From the IMG/VR virus record IMGVR_UViG_3300042276_000826: a stretch of DNA of 64,000 bases. One strand, 5' to 3'. This DNA is from an uncultured virus (IMG/VR IMGVR_UViG_3300042276_000826) (Duplodnaviria; Heunggongvirae; Uroviricota; Caudoviricetes). Both the position numbers and the translations under genes were made by a program. Every line of letters begins with the position of its first letter. Within the stretch, counting starts at the first letter, position 1. Under the pieces are notes generated by a model, which was given only the letters and a program-made list of their open reading frames with translations, did not search any database and had not been told where the DNA came from. This document shows, piece after piece, positions 20,709 to 31,652 of the stretch.

Positions 20709-21864
20709 CGGTCTTATCCATATTTTATGGATATTTGCTTTAAAAATTATTTGAGTTTTTTCTTGATACTCCCTGGTAGAAAATATTTTACTATTTCTTG
20801 CTCAATTATATTTGTACAAAGTTTTTCTTCGCACTCAACAAACAAACCTCTTATCGCTTGCCTTATTCTAATTTGCTTCTCTTTGTCTAAATCATTATAT
20901 TTTTTACCATAAAGATATATCGAAAAAATATCTACAAAAAAAATATCAATTTTATAGGTTTTGTAGTTTATGCTTAAAGCTAATCGTTCTTTCAAAACTA
21001 ACTCCTCTTTTTATTTTCATTTGGCTTATAGTTATAAAAAAAGATAGCAGCAGCTACGCCAATAAAAAGCTGTATTCCAACTATTATTAAAATATCTAAC
21101 AGCATTTTCAACCTTAAGTAGTTGGAAAGAGCTGAGGGGTTGCCTTTAGTACTTTATTCATTACGTTGTGTAGCTTTACCGCATCCTCTCTTGTTAGCTC
21201 ATAGCTTTTATCACCTATTCGCAAAATATATTTATTTTTATCTATATCAAAATAGAACTCTTTAATTACTGACATGTTTTAATCCTTCAATGAAACAAGT
21301 TCGCTTTGAGACTCTTGAAACTGATTATAAGCAGTCGCTACTGACCTAAGGGTCTTAAGTCTTCCTCTTAACGCTTCTAAAATCTCCTCTTTGTTCTTCC
21401 CCTCGTAGCTTGTAACTATAAAATCAATCTTTTTTTCAGTTTCACTCTCTGTAAGATTATTGATAATCTCAATTTGTTCTACACTTAGCATCCTCAATCT
21501 CCTATTCGTTAGTTTTTAAATATACAGCAAACATTAAAAAAATACTATTTATTATAATTACTGCTATTGAAATCAAAAAGTGAAAGTCCATAAGATTTAT
21601 CCTTCCAATGTGGTTGCCCACTCTTTAATTTTAAACTGCTCATATATTGCATCCTCCTTATAATACTGTGCTGTCTTGCTCCAACTGTCAAAACAGTAGT
21701 TGCAAAGTGCCATATTGAGACAAGCCACAAGATTAACACCTTCAAGTAGTGAACCGCCACAACGGTCACATATTCCTAAACTATTTAATTTAATAACCAA
21801 TTGAGTATGGTCTGTTTTAAGATATTTGTGTCCTTTTTTGGTCTCGTGAATTTTTACATCATAT

Positions 21865-22542
21865 TTATTTTTTTCCATTTTTTCTTTTTTTACCTCTCTT
21901 TTTAGTATTTAGCCCGTTTGTTTTAATGAGCTTTTGAGAAATCATATCCGCTGCATCATACATTAACTTAATGCACGACTCTTGTGTGGTCGCCTTATTA
22001 TTAACCGCAACATGATTGTATTTGTCTAAAACAGATTGAAAATCATACTTAGACAAGAGTGCGTGATAAGTTGATGTGTTTTTTGAGTGTTCAACTCTCC
22101 AATAGACAATCAAAGAAACAGCGAATAAGTCTGGAATCCAAATACCATTATCTTTAATTATTTTTTCGCACTCAAGCACAATAGTGTTATAATATTTAAT
22201 AAGTGGTACACATTGTGAATATGCAATTGTCTCAATAACAGTTGGCGGTCTTCCAAGATTTTTTAATTTTTCAATATATTGTTCTAAGTCGTCAAATTTC
22301 GGAACATAGGATTTTAAATCTTCGACAAAATTACAATAAAAGTTGCGAACAAACTTTTCATCATCTTTGTTTTTAAAGACGGATTTTTCTTCCGAACAAT
22401 AATCATAATTATAAACAGCATGTTCTAGTCGTGCCAGTGCATACACCAAAATTGCTTGCAGCTTAAAATCATTGCTTCCCGTTGGCTTTGGAAAATCTTT
22501 CAAAATTCCCAAATTCTTATTTAAAATGATATTGCTTGACAT
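21865..22542 (-). CDS. hypothetical protein
   Basis: 225 aa ORF in a tightly packed run of small minus-strand genes (20.7-26 kb). Confidence 0.6.
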   Translation of the reverse strand: MSSNIILNKNLGILKDFPKPTGSNDFKLQAILVYALARLEHAVYNYDYCSEEKSVFKNKDDEKFVRNFYCNFVEDLKSYVPKFDDLEQYIEKLKNLGRPPTVIETIAYSQCVPLIKYYNTIVLECEKIIKDNGIWIPDLFAVSLIVYWRVEHSKNTSTYHALLSKYDFQSVLDKYNHVAVNNKATTQESCIKLMYDAADMISQKLIKTNGLNTKKRGKKRKNGKK

Positions 22543-23192
22543 TATTTCTCCTTTAAAATTTTAAACACATCTTCATTGGTAAATCGTTTTACTTTAGGCA
22601 ATAAAATCTCTCTTAGGGCTTCATTTTTAAAAGCATCGTCAATATTTTTTAAAATCTCAACAACCAAAACCCGATATTCAGTTGAGAAACTTGTCAATAC
22701 TTCGCCATATTTAGGTTTTAAGTAGTTCTCTTCAAAAGAAGTAAGTGAATTTGATAAGAACACTAAGCCTAAATGTTTTGACTCTTTAAAGCCCATGTTA
22801 ATGAGTCCTGCTTCACTTTTTGCAAGTTCTTTTAGTTGTATGATTTCTTCATTCGATAAAATTTTCAAACTATCGTCCTTTTTTTGTTTTTGTTGCTTTC
22901 ATTAGATTATCGGCTTCATAATGAAAATGCATTCTGTCAACAAATGGATTAAGAGGTTTTGAAGGTTCTATTGTTATGAGCTTTTTTAATAAAGCATGTA
23001 AGCGTGCATTTTCTTTAACAATCGCCTCAATCTTTTCAATCGTTTCTTCAAGCGTATCTCCACTTCTGAAAGAATACATAGGTTCTTCCGTGTTTCCAAA
23101 AGCAAACTTATCAAATTTTGTTTTGCCCAAAAGATACCCCAAATAAAACACACATATTAAAAGAACTATACTAGCCCACATAAAATTTTCCA

Positions 23193-23588
23193 TTATATAT
23201 CTCCTTTAAAAAAATTCAATCTTTTTTTCACAATATAAGCAACATCATGAACTAAATTCTCTGGCAGCTTATCTTTATCAAATAAAGATACTTTTTCATC
23301 CGTTGGACTTTGAAACTGCTCAATCTCTTTAGAAGAAATGCTTGCTTGATATAAATACAATGTAATCCCGTTAGAATAAGAAAAAACATCAATTTCAAGC
23401 CAATCTTTTATTTCAAGTCCTGTTTCTTCTTTGGCTTCTCTAACCATTGCTTCCAAAGGTGTTTCATTTTCTTGTACAGCACCACCAACACCATTGAGTA
23501 AGCCTTTTTGGTTTTCGGGTCTATTCTTATTAATTAACAAAACTCTTTTACCATCAGTAATAAATCCGACTACTAATGTTTTTTTCAT
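23193..23588 (-). CDS. NUDIX hydrolase
   Basis: Nudix box GGAVQENETPLEAMVREAKEETGL. Confidence 0.9.
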   Translation of the reverse strand: MKKTLVVGFITDGKRVLLINKNRPENQKGLLNGVGGAVQENETPLEAMVREAKEETGLEIKDWLEIDVFSYSNGITLYLYQASISSKEIEQFQSPTDEKVSLFDKDKLPENLVHDVAYIVKKRLNFFKGDI

Positions 23589-23826
23589 ATCATTTCCTCA
23601 TTGTTTCAAAGTATTAATTTAATAACGCCATCGGCTCTAAATTCATAAGCAACATTAATTTTTTCAAGCTGCTTTGCAAGCACTTTTTGATGCTCATAGA
23701 TAGCTTTAAAATGCTCTCTACTTCTTTCGTTTGAGCTTTTCAAAGCCTCTTCAAGTGCTTTGATTCTTCGTCTTAATCCTGCCTCATTGGTTTTGTCTGT
23801 TAAAAAATCCTCTTTAATCATTTTTT

Positions 23827-24339
23827 TTAGCCCCCCTGTTTGAATTCTGGGTCATAAACAGTACCTTTAAACTCAACGGGCATAAAAACATCGTCAACCA
23901 TCGGCTTTTCTAAAAAAGACTCTTTGATTGTAAATCTAAAGCCTTTACCTGCCGTTCCAAATAGTCCGTAGCTTTTCCAATCGCACACTTTGCCGTCTTC
24001 ATCTTTATATCCACTTTTACACTCATACGGGTTTGATTGTATTTGATTACAAGCAGGGCAAATGAACTGTTTGGATTTAATAGACTCCATTAGCTCTTCT
24101 TGTGTCTCAAAAATTTTAACTTTATCATCAAGTTTGGGAAAATTAGCTTCTTGATAATAGTTAGCTGCCCAATATTTTCGTTTATTCTCAAAAGCTTGTA
24201 AAATATCCTCTTTTTTAAAACCTAAAACTTCACTGTAATGATCAACTCTTTCTCTTATCCATTGAAGCTTTGTTTCAAATCGTTTATCATCGTTTAGATT
24301 TACTCTAATTTGTTCCATTAATTTTTCAAATTTACTCAC
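23827..24339 (-). CDS. phage-like hypothetical Zn-binding protein
   Basis: FICPAC...EC...VCDWKSYGLF. Confidence 0.6.
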   Translation of the reverse strand: MSKFEKLMEQIRVNLNDDKRFETKLQWIRERVDHYSEVLGFKKEDILQAFENKRKYWAANYYQEANFPKLDDKVKIFETQEELMESIKSKQFICPACNQIQSNPYECKSGYKDEDGKVCDWKSYGLFGTAGKGFRFTIKESFLEKPMVDDVFMPVEFKGTVYDPEFKQGG

Positions 24340-25177
24340 TGCTTACTCCTCTTTAATATTTGTGGTTCTTTATAAGCGAATGTCGATAAGTACCAATTAC
24401 CGAAATGCTCTTTTAGTGTTTCATTGTGGCAAATCATAATTTCCCCGTATCCATTTTTCGCATAAAAATTCTCTAAAGTCTTATATTTATCTTCAAGCCC
24501 TGCCTCAATGAGTTTTTCAAGCTGTATAATGTAATAAAACTTCAAATGGTTATGTTTAGATTTTAAAGCAACTTCACATTTACCGTCTATATCTACTCTT
24601 GAAATACCCTCTTTTGTTGCAAAGTAATCATAGTATTTACTCATCTTTGAAGCTCTGTTTGTACTAAATTCAAGGGTATCAAACTGTACTTTTAAGTTTT
24701 TAGGTCTTACGTGTCTAAAAAGTTGATTAAATGATGATATTTTTTTGCTCATTATGCAATCCTTCCTACTTTATAATCACCCATTCTTTTATTAAAATCA
24801 AGAAAAGCTATTAATTTTTCATAACATCTTTCTTTTCCAAATGCTTCTTCAAAAGAGTCAAGATAGCTCCACCCATCATTGAAAGATAAACAAATTGGAA
24901 TAAATTTTTTACAGTTGTTCGCACTGCAATATGGAAAACATTTTAAATTACTTAACTTTTGTTTTTCCTCACATTCATACCATCCAACTGTGTCGTAGTC
25001 ACCATAGTCGTGTGTTAAATAGATACAAGCAGTACAAACTGTTTGATACCATTTTTTAATTTTAATTTTTGGTGTTGGACTGTACTTTTCTTGTTGTGTT
25101 CTTTTACTTGAATCTAAAAAATCAATCATCATATAAACCTTTAAATCTTCTAGTTTTTTGCTCATGCTGATGTTTTC

Positions 25178-25930
25178 TTAATTGTTGTTGTATGGCAACA
25201 TAGGATTACTGCCCGTAGCAATAAGCTGCAATAATTTTTCTTGCTCAAAAGTATTATCCTGTATCATCTTGCTCATCTTCGCCATGCTGTAAAGCAAACT
25301 GTAAAAGAACTCTGCGGCTTCATCTGTGTATGGCATTTCTTTACAGGTATCATAGTCTAAATTGAACGCTGCCCAATTGTTTAATTGTTGTGCAGGGTTA
25401 TCTCTTCCTAGGTGCGACTCACCTTTATAATAAGGCTTGTATTTAACCTTTTTCCCATCGCCATAAAAGTATGTCGTCTTCATCATAGCTTTAGCACCTA
25501 TTGTTAAACAGTAACCCCCTTTGGAGGGTTTGGCTGCATGATGTTCCCCATAACGATTGTAATCCATATTCCAATTTGCATTTGGATAGCATGCGTTAGG
25601 AAAGATATTTCCATCTTTGTCTTCTGCAAACACAACATGACTCTCAATGTTATATAAAATAACAGGTTCTTCTGTAATTTTTGGCTCATAATGATTTCGA
25701 TAAATTTTTTCAATCAAGCTCTTAAGAGTATTTAATGAAGATGCAATAACTTTAATCTTTTCGCCTTCAATAAATTGCTGCTTTAACACTCCCTCTGCAC
25801 TGATTCTTACATCTGATTCTAAATTGGCATAAAACTCCCCATTGGCGTTTACGGAAATCTTAACTTTTGGGTAGTGCCAAACATCGGCTTCGGTTTTAAT
25901 TTTAAATGTTTCTGTTTTTAAATGCGGCAT
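25178..25930 (-). CDS. hypothetical protein
   Basis: 250 aa ORF with RBS. Confidence 0.65.
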   Translation of the reverse strand: MPHLKTETFKIKTEADVWHYPKVKISVNANGEFYANLESDVRISAEGVLKQQFIEGEKIKVIASSLNTLKSLIEKIYRNHYEPKITEEPVILYNIESHVVFAEDKDGNIFPNACYPNANWNMDYNRYGEHHAAKPSKGGYCLTIGAKAMMKTTYFYGDGKKVKYKPYYKGESHLGRDNPAQQLNNWAAFNLDYDTCKEMPYTDEAAEFFYSLLYSMAKMSKMIQDNTFEQEKLLQLIATGSNPMLPYNNN

Positions 25931-26049
25931 AAAATATCCTTAGTAAAATGTAAATTATATAAATGGCTCATATTCTCAATAAGCCAATGACACATAAAAG
26001 CCGATGTTCGTCCACCCGAAAATGAAACCATAATGTTTTCTTTAGTCAT
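25918..26049 (-). pseudogene. truncated PP-loop (PAPS-reductase-like) gene fragment
   Basis: Manual translation MTKENIMVSFSGGRTSAFMCHWL... stops after 43 aa; SFSGGRTS is a PP-loop motif. Confidence 0.55.
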
Positions 26050-26288
26050 TCGTATTTCTCAATTATCAAATCTACAACTTGTTTTATCGTTTGACACACG
26101 TGAACCTCTTCAAATAATATGTAATTTAGAGGAAAAAGTTCATCTATTTTAATTGTTAATATTGCTAATAATTCTGGGTTATCAGATATATCGGTATCTT
26201 CATAAAACTTAGTTTCAAAGTTTTCTTCTGCAATGGCACAAATTAAATCGGTTATTTCTTTGATATTTTTATTATCCATTTTTCTCTC

Positions 26289-27878
26289 CTACGCAACTTT
26301 ACTGTTTTCCACTGTCTGCACTTGATAGTTAGCTTTAACAATGGCCGCAATTACTTGAGGCACAACACTGTTGCCACACATTCGCACTTGACTTGCCTTA
26401 TTTAATGTTTTACCATTCGGCATTACAATATCAATTTTATAATTCTCTGGAAAACCTTGAGCATTGTAAAGCTCTCGTGGAGTAAGCATTCTAAAACCAA
26501 TGTCTTGTAATACATATTCAGTACCCTTAATCTCGACTAATCCGAAACAATCTTTTGTTCTAATAGTGTGTAAAGGGTCTGTAATCCTTTGTCGCTCTTC
26601 TACTCCATAATATTTATGGAAAAAAGCAGCAACAACACCATGTCGTGCTTTGGCAGTAATGGTTGTCAATGGAGCTTCAATATCCCATGAACTGTTTTTA
26701 CTGCTTGTGTGGTCAATTGCCATAATGTGTGGCACCATTAAGCTATGATGGTCTTGCGTAGTAACTGTGTGCATTGGCTCATTCATTTTAAATCCCGTAG
26801 CACCTGTATAATGTTTTGCAATATAGGGAACGGCTAAACCATGCCGTAAACCACCTGCTGTAATTGTTGCCAATGGTTTACTGATTTCTTGCCCTCTTGC
26901 TTGAGTGTTTTGTGTTTTACCATAATATGTAGATACAAAAGGTATAGTTAAATAATGATGATTACCTGTTAAAATAGTAGATAACGGTTCACTAATAAAT
27001 TTTGGTACATTTTTATTCATGTTTTTTACAATATAAGGCTCTGGACTTTCTAAAACAAACTTTTGAAAGCCTCGTGCAATACGTTCCATTGTCTTATCGC
27101 TTAAAGGTCGTCTCACACCATATTTTTTGCCCTCTTCTTTTGATAAAAAGATTGAATACGTTGGCAAACTCCAATCAATAATGTCTGCCGCAGTTCTATA
27201 CGGCATTAATTTCCCTTGCTTTACTTCTTCACTCTTTACATCACCGTGAGTTGGCTCTGGCCATACAATTGGTTGTCCATCACATCGTGCAATCATAAAA
27301 AACCGTTTTCTGGTCGTAGGTGCTCCAAAATCACACGCTTTTAGCTCTTTAAATTCTACGGCATAACCCAGTTTATTAAACTCTTGGATAAACTTCTTAA
27401 AGGTCTCACCTTTTTTGCTCTCGATAACTTTTCCGTTTTTGTCAATCGGACCCCACTCTTGAAACTCATTAACATTCTCAAGAGTGATTACCCGCGGTCT
27501 TACTTTTTTAGCCCATTTAACAGCAACCCACGCAAGTGAACGTATTTTTTTATCTTTAGGCTTACCGCCTTTTGCTTTAGAAAAGTGTTTACAGTCGGGT
27601 GAAAAATGAGCATATCCAACGGGTCGCCCCATTGTTGTAATCAAAGGGTCCACTTCAAAAATATCTGAAATATAATGATGTGTTTTAGGGTGATTTGCCA
27701 TGTGCAGTGCAATGGCTTCATAGTCATGGTTAATGGCAATATCGGGTGACACTCCTAAAGCCATTTCAATGCCAGTGCTTGCACCCCCACCGCCTGCAAA
27801 ACCGTCAACAATAATCTCTTTGCCAAATTCAAAACTTTGTTGGTAAAAATGAAGTGGTGTATGTGGATTTTTACTCAT
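26289..27878 (-). CDS. orphan DNA (cytosine-5) methyltransferase
   Basis: DGFAGGGG, SPDCKHFS, LENV, TTRKRFF, RMLTPREL..AQGFP, GNSV; repeated PLxTIT units; likely start MSKNPH at 27878. Confidence 0.92.
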   Translation of the reverse strand: MSKNPHTPLHFYQQSFEFGKEIIVDGFAGGGGASTGIEMALGVSPDIAINHDYEAIALHMANHPKTHHYISDIFEVDPLITTMGRPVGYAHFSPDCKHFSKAKGGKPKDKKIRSLAWVAVKWAKKVRPRVITLENVNEFQEWGPIDKNGKVIESKKGETFKKFIQEFNKLGYAVEFKELKACDFGAPTTRKRFFMIARCDGQPIVWPEPTHGDVKSEEVKQGKLMPYRTAADIIDWSLPTYSIFLSKEEGKKYGVRRPLSDKTMERIARGFQKFVLESPEPYIVKNMNKNVPKFISEPLSTILTGNHHYLTIPFVSTYYGKTQNTQARGQEISKPLATITAGGLRHGLAVPYIAKHYTGATGFKMNEPMHTVTTQDHHSLMVPHIMAIDHTSSKNSSWDIEAPLTTITAKARHGVVAAFFHKYYGVEERQRITDPLHTIRTKDCFGLVEIKGTEYVLQDIGFRMLTPRELYNAQGFPENYKIDIVMPNGKTLNKASQVRMCGNSVVPQVIAAIVKANYQVQTVENSKVA

Positions 27879-28203
27879 TACAGCTCTCCGTTGGGTCATA
27901 TTCCCATGTTGGCTGTGCATTTTTATCATTTTTACCGCACACCATCCAACCCATATCTGGCATACCCTCTTCTCTTAACTCACTTGGTGTAGTCTGCCAA
28001 CGCACAAACTTCTCTTTAAGCATTGCAGGTAAAACCTCATCATCTTTTAAAAGCATTTCACGGGCAAAGATTTTAGATGCTTCTTCTTTTGTAAACTGCT
28101 TCCGTGATAAATGAAATCCATTAGGATAAAAACCAACGATACTTGAAAATTCAACATCAAACCGACCCATAATATCCCTTTATGTATGTAATAATTAATT
28201 GAA

Positions 28204-28232
28204 ATTATACAGTAATTATTGCCTATTGTCAA
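28204..28232 (-). promoter_or_regulatory. sigma70 promoter TTGACA-17-TATAAT
   Basis: tgtcaa 28227-28232, attata 28204-28209; upstream of the MTase operon. Confidence 0.75.
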
Positions 28233-28348
28233 TAATAATGATAAAATATTTATTAAATTTATAAACTTTATTAAAATAATAGCATTTTTGCTATACATTT
28301 TTATAAAAAAAGTGTATATTTATAAAATATTTTTATTAAAGGGAAAAA

Positions 28349-28597
28349 ATGTACACTTTAGATAATTATAAGGACAAAGTCTTTGACATTGATACTGAAA
28401 CATTTGCATCAAAATACAGATACATTGAAAATTACGATGATTATGTAGAAAATATAGAAACTCAGATTGTATATAAGGCAACATTTAAGGGTTTTGCTGT
28501 AGAACTTGTTGAGGTAAGTAATATTCAAGCAATTAAAACATTTGAAAAAAACTTTGCAAAAGTAAGAGCGGATATTGAAAAGAGATTAGCACTTTAA
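28349..28597 (+). CDS. small hypothetical protein (divergent)
   Basis: 82 aa with RBS, one of very few plus-strand genes in this arm. Confidence 0.55.
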   Translation: MYTLDNYKDKVFDIDTETFASKYRYIENYDDYVENIETQIVYKATFKGFAVELVEVSNIQAIKTFEKNFAKVRADIEKRLAL

Positions 28598-31102
28598 TAC
28601 TGCCTTTCGTCTCGGTCAAGTTGTAAATCAAAAAAATGTGGCTGATGTTGTTGGTTGTCATCCTACCACTCATAGAGGCTTTAGAAAAACTTACCACCAA
28701 ATAGAAAAATAATACTATTAAAGGATTGATGTTTTATTTTCTTAGTAAATAAATTAAAAAGCAGTAAAAGCCCCATAAAATAGATGTTTATTAGATATTT
28801 ATTTTTTATTTTATTTATTTTTTATTTTTTATTTACCAATGAGTAGGTCATATTTTTTTTACTGCCTTCTCTTGTAATTTCATTATTTTTATGCATTTTA
28901 TAAATTACTCTTCTTAAGTAAGATAAGTCTAAATCATCCATAAATCTTACTTTTATATATCCGAACTTTATCGGCTAACTTGCCACACTTAGGGCATTTC
29001 CTGTTTACTCTTACATCATACTGATGTCCACACTTGCATTTAATGTTTAATGGTTTTAATAAAGATAGTGCTGCCCATATTGCAATTGCAGAAGCCCCTA
29101 AAAAACCACCTGTAAACATCTCCATAAAATCCTCCTTTATTGCGTATTCATATTTTACTTAGACACTCAGAACAAGTATCAAAACCATTAGCTGTATTAA
29201 CACCATTAATACCACAAATACAACATTTAGTATTTTCGCAAGACTTATGAAACATTAATTCATCCAGTTCTTTATCTTGTTCTTCTGAAAGGTCACTTGT
29301 ATTAACTTTTGTTTTTTGAATTTCATAATCCACATCTTTTAAAATGCCCTCTAATATTTTTTTTATATCCCACAATGAATAACCTTGTTCTTGATGAGCA
29401 ACTTTCATTATTTTTTCGATTTCTTCTTGCATGAGTAACCCCATTCTTTATATGTTTTGTTGAACAAATTCAACACATTCATTGCTAGTTACTGGAAGTG
29501 ATTTAATATTGAAGTTTTTAATTAAATTATTTGCAATTTTTTCTATTTCATCATCTACCATACAAGATTCTTCTATGGTTAAATTCTCACTCTTAAATCC
29601 ATCCCCTAATAAAAGTTGTGAAGCGATATAAAGTTGTGCTATCTTTTTTGCATTTATTTTCTTCATTATACCTACTCCTAATCTTTATTGTATGCTATTT
29701 CGTTCCAAATCTCTTTTGAAACACATTATCAATAGCCCAATCATATATTCTAATATATGATAGTAATTTAGTATTTTCAATTTGAAAATACACACATTCA
29801 CCATGCAACATTACATCAACTTGACAATCAACAGAGGACTTTTCTGGATTATGAATATACTTACTTACTAACTTAAAAAGATTCTGATTATAAAGATTCT
29901 TTTCTATTCTTTTATACAAAGTTTCTAATTCAATATCTTCAACAATATGTTCTAATGTAGAGGTATCATTTTTGTAAAAATCATGCTCATAATAAACTTT
30001 AACTTTACCATTTTCCGTTAGTTTTAAAAGTTCTATCTTGTAAGATTCTTTTGCTTTGTCAAAACCTTTATTTAATTGCAAAATTTTATTTGTTAACACA
30101 TCTAAATCATTTGCTGTTACATTTGAAATATTGGTACCCATTTTTTTAATCTTTAAGTTGGTATCTTTATTGCATAAACAAGGAAGCAACTAAGCTACCC
30201 TATTTCTCTCTTTTGAAAATTCATCCCAAGCTTTCATGATTTCTTCTTCTTTAAAACCATCTTCTTTCATAAAGTTATTTATTTCTTCTGCTTGAACTTC
30301 TGATATATCATCCCAAGTCGTATCTTCATTATTGTTAAATACAATACACCAACCTTTAAGTTCTTTTAATATATTTGCCATCTTTGAATCCTTTATTGCA
30401 GTTTATTTTCTTGAAACAAAAGGTCAATTATTATGTTTTTCCCAACATAAGCACCTTGCCCTTTATTCCAAAATTCTTCTTTATTTTCTCTAATTACATA
30501 TATCTTATCTTCATCACAATAGTAAAAGATTTTTTCAAGAAGCATTAATTTAATGTCTTTTAGTTTTAATTTTTGAACATCAAACTCATTTGATATTTTC
30601 TCAAACTCTAAACAGTTATTTATAATTGCAATGTTATCTATGAATTTTTCTTGCTCTACAAAACTAAATTCACATAAACAAACATTTTCATCATTATTGC
30701 TGTTATAAACTTTTGCATTAATCATTAAAGAACTTTCTTTTATCATATTATTGATAGTATTTTGTAGTTCTTTTGCGAAGTCAATTAAGTTGTTATTCAT
30801 AGACTTACCCTTTATTGCATAAAATTATGCTTATTTACTCTCGTAACTTTTCTTTAAAAAAAACAAACATCCAAAACTCTAAACATCCAATAATAGTTGC
30901 TGCAATAATTAAATAAATAATTGTATTTTCACTTGGAAGATAAGGAGTTATGAACATCCCTATTAGAACATGTATCAGTACAAGTAATTGCGTTTTCATT
31001 TTAAACTCCTACTTTATTATTGCATAACTTGTATGCGTTTTTTATTTATATTAGTATTTTATCTGAATTTATGTTTACTCAACTATGTTAAGTACATAAA
31101 GT

Positions 31103-31131
31103 ATTATATCTTATGTAGAGTACAATGTCAA
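31103..31131 (-). promoter_or_regulatory. sigma70 promoter TTGACA-17-TATAAT
   Basis: tgtcaa 31126-31131, attata 31103-31108; tacataa/ttatgta inverted repeat spans the -10. Confidence 0.75.
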
Positions 31132-31139
31132 GCACATAA

Positions 31140-31538
31140 TTAACTTTTTTGATTTTTTTCTAAATTTTCTATATAAAGTTTTAAACTCATAATTTGTTCA
31201 ACCAATTTATTGTTAGTATCTTTTAAATCTCTATTTTCAGAACTAAGAGTTTTATTCCTTTGATTCAACTCTTTTACTTTATGCTCTAATTCTTGCACTT
31301 CATTGGATTTATTAACTGTTATTGTAGTGTGTTCTCCTATAAAATCTCTATATGTATATAATGTATTTCTTGATACTCCTGATTCTTTAGAGATTCTACT
31401 AAAATTAATTTTTTCTCTTTTCTTTTTTAGCTTTTCTATTGCTTCTAAAATCTTCTTTTTAGTCTCTTCTTTTCTTTGTTCTTCTTGTCTCTTAAGACCT
31501 TCGTTTTTCACTCTTTTTTTAATCTTATCATTTTCCAT
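31140..31538 (-). CDS. HTH plus coiled-coil protein (TnpC/DUF6262-like)
   Basis: KINFSRISKESGVSRNTLY followed by a heptad coiled coil. Confidence 0.65.
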   Translation of the reverse strand: MENDKIKKRVKNEGLKRQEEQRKEETKKKILEAIEKLKKKREKINFSRISKESGVSRNTLYTYRDFIGEHTTITVNKSNEVQELEHKVKELNQRNKTLSSENRDLKDTNNKLVEQIMSLKLYIENLEKNQKS

Positions 31539-31652
31539 TATTGTTAACCTCTTTGTATATCTCTAATGCTCTTCCGTCTAAGCTCTCATCTTGATTAAGC
31601 TTCAAAAGAAGATAGAATCTGAATACCTTTAGCGGTAGATTTGGAATTGTTT

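Noticed and set aside
28795..28835. TTTTA-like tandem run
   Set aside because: Low-complexity AT-rich sequence with no spacer structure
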